Shown: positions 39,351 through 49,619 of the stretch, piece after piece
Layout: every line of letters begins with the position of its first letter
How positions within the stretch are numbered: the first letter of the stretch is position 1
Assembly (NCBI RefSeq): GCF_006345805.1
Contig: NC_042997.1
Location: 93,744,001 to 93,808,000 of the forward strand
Source of the DNA: Octopus sinensis
Taxonomy: Eukaryota
DNA: 64,000 nucleotides
Reading direction: 5' to 3'
Translations under genes and position numbers: made by a program
Notes under the pieces: model-generated
What the model saw: only the letters and a program-made list of their open reading frames with translations
Told to the model about the DNA's origin: nothing
Database searches by the model: none

Positions 39351-39974
39351 TACCTGTCCATGACGTAATTGTAACTATAGCATACATGTGACAAAAACAC
39401 ATTTTACTACTTGCTAAGTAAACTCAGCAATGTCACTCGATGTGTTCACGCACACATACACACACATGTTTGTTATGTCATAAGAATTTAGAAATTTTGA
39501 AAGAATGTGAAATATTTGATTTTTACTGTTAACCCAATATTTACATGTTATTATTTATGGCTTTATCTAATTTCAAACCATGTCCTTTAGCTATTTAAGG
39601 TCATTGGGGGTACCTCCAACATTGTATTTCTAATGCAATTTCAATTTCATGACATCCTTGTTATTGTTCAAAACTGTATTTTTCAACCAGGGTCCATGTG
39701 TCCCTTGGGGGTCCAATATAAGATTTGGTTAAAATTTATAATACATAAAATATTTTAATAATTTTTAAAAAAATAATTCCAGTGTGGTAAGAAGCTTGCT
39801 TCCAAACCCCATGGTTCTGAGTTCAGTCCCACTGTATGGCACCTTTGGCAAGTGTTCTTCTATGTCCTTGGGCTGAACGAAGCCTTGTGAGTGGATTTGG
39901 TAGATGGAAACTGGAAGAAGCCTGTCGTATATAGTCTGTGCTAAGTAGCTGGTGTTAGAAAGGGCAACCAGCTG

Positions 39975-40009
<35 letters not shown>

Positions 40010-41072
40010 CTTTGTGTCTGTCCCCCCACCACCACTTAACAACCAGTGTTGGTGTGTTTACGTCCCTGTAACTTAGCAGTTTGGCAAAGGAGACCGATAG
40101 AATAAGTACCAGGTTTAGCCAAAAATATTAAGTACTGGGGTTGATTCATTCGATTAAAAAATTCTTCAAGGTGGTGCCCCAGCATGGCCACAGTCTAATG
40201 ACTGAAACAAGTAAAAGATAAAAATATAATAGGGTTCTCTAAACATTGAATGGCTATGGGGGCCCATCTGAGTAAAATAGGAATTGAAGGGGTCCTTAGG
40301 CAAAAAGTAAAATGATTGAGAACCACTGGTTTAAGTAAATGAAGGGGTGATTGAAATGTGATGTTTTAATTACCTTCTGGATAGTAGTGTAGCTAGAGGT
40401 GGGGACACTTCACCCCAGGTGACTTTTATGTTGGTGGTACTTTTGGGTCTGCTTTATAAGCCTGTATATTGTGGGGATATTTAAGAAAATAAGTTGTCAT
40501 GATCAAACATTTCCCAAGAACACAGGTTTAGTATCCAATTTTCCATGCATTTCTGAATATTGTAACACTTTTGGAGAGAATAGATTTTTGTGGTTTTCAT
40601 CACTGTTTACAATTTTGCTCCAATTGTCTTCAAATTTGGTATATGGATTAAATTTTGTATACTAATTATGAAAATGAAATTCATATTTCCTATAAATCCA
40701 TAATTAAAAGTTATTAGCCTTTAAAATATTCAAAATTTGGGTATTTTATTTAGCCAATCAGAAGCGACTATTTTACATATCACTGTGGCAAAAATTTCTT
40801 TTTCCATAATAACCAAAGCAAAGAAGCACCATGTGTTGCATAGCTGATTGTGAAGAACTGTTTCCATAGTTACCAAAGATGCTGTGCATGTGCACAAGGA
40901 GGAGGAGGAGATATGAAAAAGATAATTTATTTTATAAAATTCTAGTTCAATGTTTTGACATGCCAATGCCCCCCTCCCCTGCCCTTGATGATGGAAGAAG
41001 CAGCATATATTTAAGAGATGAGGAATTATGTACATTATTTACATTTGACAGATATTTGTCCTCATCATCACT

Positions 41073-41290
41073 TTAGTGGTTAAGAGCACGGGCTACTAAC
41101 CCCAAGATTCTGAGTTCGATTCCAGGCAGTGACCTGAATAATAATAACATCGAAAAATACCTTGGAAATGAAAACCCAGGTTCGAAATTTCCCCAAGACA
41201 CCTGATGAAGGTTGGAGGGAATATCTGCTGAAACGTGTTAACAACTAACAAAATGAGGACAAATATCCATCTAATGTAAATAATATAAAT
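41073..41290 (+). mobile_element. tRNA-headed SINE with hammerhead-like tail
   Basis: TAGTGGTTAAGAGC (A box) ... GAGTTCGATTCC (B box), then CTGATGA (41202) ... GAAAC (41230). Confidence 0.65.
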
Positions 41291-41826
41291 CAGTCCCAGT
41301 ACTTACTTTTTCTTAAGTCTTGATCTTATTCTATTGGTGACCATTGCCAAACTGTTAAGTTACAGGGATGTTAACTGCTAAGTTACAGGGATATTAACTA
41401 TCAAGGTTATCAAGTGGTGGAGTGCAGACAAACATAGACACAGAGACATACCTTCACTCATATATGTATGTATACACACACAGACACAGCAAACTTCCAC
41501 AGTTTCCGTCAACCAAATTCACTCACATTAGTTGATCAAGGTTTATAGTTGAAGATACTTGCCCAAGGTGCTATGCAGTGGGACTGAACCGGAAACATGG
41601 TTGCACACTGAGCTTCTACATTTTACTAGTACTTCATTGCTGACACACTATATACATCTTTTATGAGGTTAAACTGCAACTTTGTTTTGTTTTCTTTTTG
41701 TTGTTTACTTTGTATCTTCTCACATTGTTCTGGCCTTATGCAACAACCTTCTGTAAAGTTATGCCATGTAATGCTTCACCAGAACTACCATGTTTTAATC
41801 TTTCTAATTATAGTTTACCAGTCAAC

Positions 41827-41894
41827 ATGGCTGAAGAAGTAAAGCTTCAAACTGCTCCATTTGATGCAAGGTTTCCTAACCAGAATCAAACCAG
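41827..41894 (+). CDS. COX6B1: Cytochrome c oxidase subunit 6B, coding exon 1
   Basis: MAEEVKLQTAPFDARFPNQNQT-AG|gtaag; TAPFDARFPNQNQTRNC is the COX6B hallmark. Confidence 0.97.
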
Positions 41895-42614
41895 GTAAGC
41901 TAAAATTTGTTTATGTAAATAATTTTCATTAAGCCAGATTGAGTAAAGGTTCTGCTTACAAAATTGATTTAATATTGAAAGGAAATATATGAGTGTCAGT
42001 CTAAGTTGGTTGATAGTTTTCATTTAATCCTTGGACATCTTTGAATTAATCAGGTACAATCTTGTAGCTTTGAGATTTTGGTAATGTGATTGTTTATTTT
42101 TAGAATGACATTGTAGAGTGGATGTGAGAGGCTGAATCTGAATAGTTTGAACATAAAACAGGAATAATATTTGACAACATATATATTGAGCACATAATTG
42201 ATATAGCTTCAGTTTGCCTTATACACAAAAACAATTGTTCTATTTCATAGCTGAATGCTTAATTCTTTACCATTCAGATTACTCAGTAAAATGTGATGCT
42301 TATTTATTCACATTACTATGAAGTAATCACATATCTCATAGCTTTGGGAGTTCAATGACATGATTGTTTACTCTTAGAATAACATTGTAGAGTAGGTGTG
42401 AAAGCCCTGATCTGGTAACATAGAAGTAGAATATTTGGGCCAGATACGGTCAATTTAAATGTTAAATGGTGATTCAGTACTCAAGTGTAGAAACAATTGC
42501 TAGTATTGTCATTTGTTAAAAAAGTCTTTCAGTATTACTTATTCCAATTTCTGAAAACAAATGTCTTCGCATCCACTATTTTCTTATTGCTTGTGTTTTA
42601 ATATTTTTGAACAG

Positions 42615-42729
42615 AAATTGCTGGCAGAACTATGTAGACTATCACAGATGTCACAAAATCAAGGGAGAAGACTACGAGCCATGTGATTACTTCAAGAGAG
42701 TTTTCAGGTCCATTTGCCCAAATGCTTGG
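42615..42729 (+). CDS. COX6B1: COX6B coding exon 2
   Basis: gaacag|A (R)NCWQNYVDYHRCHKIKGEDYEPCDYFKRVFRSICPNAW|gtatgt; the four Cys of the CX9C/CX10C motifs. Confidence 0.97.
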
Positions 42730-43225
42730 GTATGTACATATTTTTTCTTGCAAATATGCGTGATTTTAATAAAAAAAAAATTTAATATCTACTTTTCTAT
42801 GCTTGTATGGGGTTCACTGAGGCAGATTTGCTATGGTTTGATAACCTTATCACCAGCCCTCACCAGTTTCACAAGGTAATATTTCCCCATGAACGTTTTT
42901 CATGGAAGACTGGAAACAAACGATACTGATTGTATGTTGGTGACACTCGTTTACAAGCATCACATGTCAAGAGAAGCAGACACATGCACGTGTGCACACA
43001 CATGTATACACAGACACATGATTGGCTTCTTTTAGTTTGTGTATCAAATTCACTCACAAAGCATTGGTCAGCCAAGGGCTATAACAAAAAACACTGTGAA
43101 AGGTAGTGTATTTTGGGGTTGTATCCAAAACTACAGTGGTTGGGAAGCAAGCTTCTAAACCACACAGCCATGCCTGCATATATAACTTTTATTTTATTAA
43201 CTCGGGTATGTTTTTTCTTTTTCAG

Positions 43226-43279
43226 GTTGAGAAATGGGATTCACAAATGGAAGAAGGAGTATTTGCTGCCAAAATATGA
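43226..43279 (+). CDS. COX6B1: COX6B coding exon 3 (terminal)
   Basis: ttttttcag|VEKWDSQMEEGVFAAKI*; AATAAA at 43353-43358. CDS is 237 nt = 78 aa + stop. Confidence 0.95.
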   Translation, partial: VEKWDSQMEEGVFAAKI

Positions 43280-46200
43280 TAGTCTAATTTATAGGAAATT
43301 TTTTTCATTAAAGACTTACTTTGTGAACTAATAGATTCTTGAAGCTTGATTAAATAAATTTATTAAATGATGTACTTGTTATTTTGGAGATTATTAAAGG
43401 GTTTAACCATGGGATGGTTAGCTCAGAACAGATGATAAAAGTTCAAAATCATGTTTTCTAGCATACAAGAATTGGACAAGAAGAGTTTTAAAACTGTAAA
43501 GGAAATATCATTAAGCAAAAATTGAAAATATATTAGGAAAAACTTGTTTTAGAAAAGATTTTTCAAAATAAAAAAATATATATAACTTTTCAGTTTTGCA
43601 TACTGAGGCTCATCTACACAAGACAAGTTCCACATTCTCCTCAACTTTCATTTCATCATCCTTTAACATCTATTTTCCATGCTGGCATGGGTGGGATGGC
43701 AAGGCCAGGGGCCACATCAAGTTCCATAGTCTGTTTTGGCTTGGTTTCTAAGGCTGGATGCCCTTCCTAATGCCAACCACTTTACAGAGAAAATGGTTTC
43801 CTTGATTGCATTTCAAAGCATACAACTTATTGACTGCTTCTGTAGTCTCTCCTCCTTCACGAAGAATCCTAATGAATTCATCACAAATGGGATAAAGTTC
43901 AGTTGATTTTAAATATTTTGTATTTCCAAGAATCCCAGTAGCTGTCTCACCCATTCTTCCTACATGTTTCAGTCTAACCGCTTTACTGGCATTCCGCTGG
44001 TTATGACATTGAGGGATCCAATTGACCCGATCAGCTGAACAGCCTGCTTATAAAATTAATGTGTAAGTGGTTGAACACTCCACAAACACATGTACCCCTA
44101 ACGTAGTTCTCGAGGAGATTCAGTGTCACCGTCACCTAGCGGTTCGGCAAAAGAGACCAATAGAATAAGTACTGGGCTTACAAAGAATAAGTCCCAGGGT
44201 CAATTTGCTCGACTAAAGGCGGTGCTCCAGCATGGCCGCAGTCAAATGACTGAAACAAGTAAAAGGGTAAAGAGTATGCACGAGTGAAAACTCTAGATCC
44301 TGAGTACATGGAGAATATAATAAATTCAGCAGGGAAATATTTGTGCCACTTCTCTATATTCTTCAGTTTCGACCAGGTCTTATTTTCTTTCTGAAAGAGT
44401 TCAGGACCAGGTCCCATTGATATAAATATTGCTGCTTTAAGATCAACAAGAGTTCCTATCAAGTTACTGTCTAAAATGAGTGATTAATTCAAAGATTTGG
44501 GAACTGGATATGCTTAATAGTAATGGATGAATTGGTAAAGCTAACAGTTCCACTGTATCTCTCTCTGCTGACAACGTCAGTTTCTCTAAAGTGGGTTGAA
44601 GAGGCAAGTCAATAGCCTCTAGTAATGTATAAAAGTTATAGTTTGTTCAGAGTTGTAATAATCATATTGACTGTATCATTCATTTGTAGTGGGTCCTTAA
44701 TCCGTTTGTCACTATACTTATTTTGATATACACTATTGTTTTCATTGATTTGAAAACAATAAATTTAGTAAATCTTGTGATTAGAGATAGGAGCAGTATT
44801 CACACCAAGAAGTAATGTTAATGGTTACTTGAGCAAGGGTATTCTTTAAGAACAGATGATACTAATATTTTAACCACAAGAGGATGCTTCCTCCTGCACT
44901 TTGCAATCTATATGTTACAAGTGGCGAGTTGGCAGAAACGTTAGCACGCTGGACGAAATGCTTAGCCGTATTTCGTCTGCTGTTACGTTCTGAGTTCAAA
45001 TTCTGCCGAGGTCGACTTTTGCCTTTCATCCTTTCAGGGTTGATAAATTAAGTACCAGTTACACACTGAGGTCGGTGTAATCGACTTAATCCATTTGTCT
45101 GTCCTTGTTTGTCCCCTCTGTGTTTAGCCCCTTGTGGGTAGTACAGAAATAGGTATGTCGTCTGTCTTTACATTCTGAGTTCAAATTCCGCTGAGGTCGA
45201 CTTTGCTTTTCATCCTTTTGGGATCGATAAATTAAGTACCAGTTGTGAACTGTAAGCGATCTAATCGACTGGCCCCATCCCCCAAAATTTCAGGCCTTGT
45301 GCCTAGAATAGAAAAGCATGTATCTACTGCAAGCAGGGAGAGAACTCCTTACTATCCTAGCTTGGAGACCACCGTATCACAGGATTTTGACCTTATTGGA
45401 TCATCCTTGGTGATGGGCACTCATCTGCCTAACATAGCATAGTCTATCCCAGCTTGCAATATATAGAAAAGACAGTGTTATATAGTCACTGGTTCTGCAA
45501 CTAGCAAAATAGTGCATTAAGAAAATCACTATTAAGATATAGGGAAAGTATTCACACGGAGAAGTAATGCTTATTGTCACTTAAATGTGGGTGTTCTTTA
45601 AGAACATGTTTAGATCACTTTAAAACAGGAAGCTTGTATCATTAGAACCAGGGTGGGTTGGTATCAAAAGAGTTAAACACTTTGTCAGGATAAAATAATT
45701 TTAGACAAAACTTCGATTGTGAAAGTTTACATTTTAAAGTATAATTTTCCAAAAGAAATCTTTAAAGTTCAATAAATTCATTTATCTTAATTGGCTTAAT
45801 GAAAATATAACCAAATTATATTAAATATAAAATAAATCTCGATCATTGAATTGAATGATGTGATGTGTTGTTAGACCAATATGTGTTAATTTTTGTCAAA
45901 ATGTTCTCAGGTAGTGACCAATTAGTGGTTGTTTTTTGATCTGCTGTGATTAGAGGTATTTTCAGTAGAGATTTTAATTTCTGAAAAAGAGAATAAAAAT
46001 ATTATTTACAAACCTAATAAAGTAAAATCTCATTATTACTTCAATTTCAAGATATTATGATTGTGATATTTCAATGAATGAAATATTTGCGAATTGCCCC
46101 TTCATCATCATCATCGTTTAGCGTCCGTTTTCCATGCTAGCATGGGTTAAATATGTATATTACTTTTTCCCAACTCTTCTGGCATGAATAACATATAAAT

Positions 46201-47777
46201 CAAACATTAACATGAATACTTGATGCAGATATATATATAAATGTCATTTTTGATACTTTTTTATCTAATGCTTGTCAGAATCGTCTAGTTTATTCCATCA
46301 TTTAGTATGAGTGTTACTCTTAACAATTAATTCCATTAAAGTTAGATTATTTAGGATGGTTCTGAATAAAGTTTGGATTTAACCTTGGAACTATTAACAA
46401 TTAGCCTAGTCAGAAGAAAGGGAGTTCCAAACCTTTATGCGGACCCTCTGAGATGGGTATGATTGGTTATGGCTTGAATAAACTAAATTAATGCTTGCAG
46501 GAAAAGTATGAGCAGAGATGGCATTCCAGTGAGTTATTGTTCTGAGTTAAGTGTCAGTAGGTCTTCCCTTATCATGGATAATATAATATAGCATTCTATA
46601 TAAGTAGGGTAAATGTTAGACTATTTCTGGCAACTACCAAAGTTAGCTATAACAGTATAGGCAACATAACCAGTATGACAGCTTGAAGCAATAGAAGTCG
46701 AGTCAAATCCACCATCAAAATGCTACACCAGCATTCTGTTTTGTATGCTTACTTGACAAGTGTATAAAACCAAAGTATCTCTCAAACACAGTCCAAGATA
46801 AAATTATATTAAATATATTTATAAGAAGGCACATACAACATAACCAATTTTATGAAAGAAAAAATATTTCACATGTATTGCAGCATATTTGGGGTGGGGG
46901 GCACTTGAACTCACTTTGGAGAAACTGACTTTGCCAGTGGGGAGAAACAGTGGAAGCGTTAGCTTTAACAATTCATCCTTGACTATTAAACATAACCAGT
47001 TCCCAAATCTTTGAATTAATCGCTGGTTTTAGACCGTAACTTGACAGGGTCTCAGGTTAGCAATCAGAGGGATTTGAAAGAGTTGATAATCCCTTAATAG
47101 TCCAGCTTGTAGACAAAATTATAATGCCTTACAAGAACATTTGTTAAAGTATACTAGAAACTGGATACTGCTTCCAAACCACTCCTCAACAACAGCTGCT
47201 AAGATCAGTTACACTAATGCACTATACAGGTGTCACAAGAAAAAGGTAAATTTCTTTCAAATTACACTCTTGAAGGATGAAGTGATTCTAGATATACAAT
47301 GGGCCAGCTAGTTAATGTCAAGCAGTCACACTCAACAACTGAAAGAGTTATGTAACTATTGAGAACTTGTATTATTCATCAGTTGCCTTGAAGACAGTGT
47401 AAAGAATTTTACTGAGTATCAATGGAGTGAAACTTCAGTTTTCGAGAGAATAAGTAAACTCTACTTTTTTTTTTATATAGTTTGCATATATACACACATA
47501 CTTTATTATTATTAAAACTGCAAAAACATCACAAAAATATCACAATAACTTGCTACACAAAGTTTCACGTTCCTGTTTGTTGGACACTTTAGATTGGGAA
47601 TCTAAACTCTCCAACAAATGGAAACGTGAAACTCTGAGTAGCAGTTTACTGCAATATTTTTGATGTTTTTGCAGCTTTGATAATAATAAAGCATATTACT
47701 CTACCTCTGGAATTCAAGTACTATGTTATTCACCTTGTTTCGCATTTATGTGCTTAATTTAGTAATATATATATATA

Positions 47778-49619
47778 TCAGGTCATCCCATAAGTTCTGT
47801 CCGATTTTACCTTTTTTATAATTGAATGAAATATAGTATTTTAGAATGTCTAATGGAATTAAAAATTATTTTTATGCATTTGTGTACATCATCATCATCG
47901 TTTAACGTCCGCTTTCCATGCTAGCATGGGTTGGACGGTTCAACTGGGGTCTGGGAAGCCCGAAGGCTGCACCAGGCCAGTCAGATCTGGCAGTGTTTCT
48001 ACAGGTGGATGCCCTTCCTAACGCCAACCACTCCGTGAGTGTAGTGGGTGCTTTTTATGTGCCACCATCACAGGTGCCAGACAAGGCTGGCGAACGGCCA
48101 TGCTCGGATGGTGCTTTTTACGTGCCACCGGCACGGAGGCCAGGCGAGGCTGGCATGGCCACGATCGGATGGTGTTTGTTATGTGCCACCAGCACGGAGG
48201 CCAGTCGATGCGGTACTGGCTATGGCCATGTTCGGATGGTTTCTTATGTCCCACCGGCACTGGTACCACAAAACTACAAATTCCATTGATGTTCATCGAT
48301 TTTGATTTGATTCTTTGATTTTTGATTTTCACTTGCCTCAACAGGTCTTCACAAGTAGAGTTATGTGTCCCAAGAAGGAAGGTATGCACAGGTGGACTGA
48401 CTACGTCCCAGGTAGGGGCCATGGGTTATGGCCTCACTTGTCCTGCTGGGTCTTCTCGCGCACAGCATACTTGCATTTAAACAAATTAAATATTATATCA
48501 CAGAATAATAGAATTAAAATTTCTTTGATTAAAACTCTTTCTAACAAAGAGCATTTGAGGTACATAATGCTTTATGAGTACAAAAAAGTAAACTCTGCAG
48601 CCGAAGTGACTCGAAACATACACTCAGTTTATGGGAAAGAATGCTTGAATGAAAGAACTTGCAGAAGATGGTTTGCAAAATTCAGAAGTGGAGATTTCAG
48701 CCTTAAAGATGAAGATCAAACAGGACGTCCAGTTGAGTTTGATGATAAGATCTTTGAGGCATTATTTGAAGAACATCCAGCATTATCAGTTGAAGACTTG
48801 GCAATAAAGCTTAGTTCAAACCATACAACTTTTCATCGTCATCTTCAACAACTTGGAAAGGTTTCTAACTTTGAAAATGGGAGCCTCATGAATTGTCAGA
48901 AAGCAACCACAAATCCCGAGTTGACAACTGCTCTTCTCTCCATTTTCGCGAACTCATTTCACTCTTTTTTGGATAGACTTGTGACTTGGTGACGAAAAAT
49001 GGATCTTCTATCAAAAACAGTGACTTGGTAAAAGGGAAAAAGCTCAACCACAAATGAGAAGGGAACTTCATGGGGGAAAAGGTTCTTCTCTCTATCTGGT
49101 AGGATTGCAAAGGAGTAATTCACTTTGTTACCACCTAATGCAACAATCAATGCTCAAGTCTACTGTCAGCAATTACAGCATTTGAACCAAGCTTTGAAGG
49201 AAAAAAGACCTGCTTTAGTGAATCGAAAAGGAGTGATGCTTCATCAGGACAATGCATGATCCCACACTGCAAAGATCACATCACAGAATATCGAAGAGCT
49301 TGGTTGGGGAAAAATTCCTCATCCACCTTATTCTCCTGACCTTGCTCCTTCAGTCTACCATTTGTTTTGTAGTTTACAGAATCATTTGAGGGACATAACT
49401 TTCACAAGCCAGGAGGCGGTTGAAACTGACATTTCAGAGTTCTTCGCTTTGAAACCAAAAGAGTTTTACATTGATGGGATTAAAAAGCTTGTAAATAGTT
49501 GGAAGGAAGTCATAGATAATCAGGGAAAGTACATTGATGATTAAATTTCAATTAAATATAACATTTGACCACTTGTTTTCTTTATTCAAAATTCGGACAG
49601 AACTTATGGGATGACCTGA
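47778..49619 (+). mobile_element. Full-length, non-functional D34D mariner with nested SINE
   Basis: TIRs TCAGGTCATCCCATAAGTTCTGTCCGA at both ends, TA TSDs. Transposase KEHLRYIMLYEY...RRWFAKFRSGDFSL...GDEKW...HQDNA*...HPPYSPDLAPSVYHLF. D2 (49248) to D3 position (49353) spacing is 34 codons. Frameshifts and stops present; about 580-bp SINE insert at roughly 47888-48470. Confidence 0.95.

Noticed and set aside
48315-48992. 225-aa ORF as an intact gene
   Set aside because: It is a chimera: SINE-derived N-terminus read into the mariner HTH region, then frameshifted before the catalytic domain.
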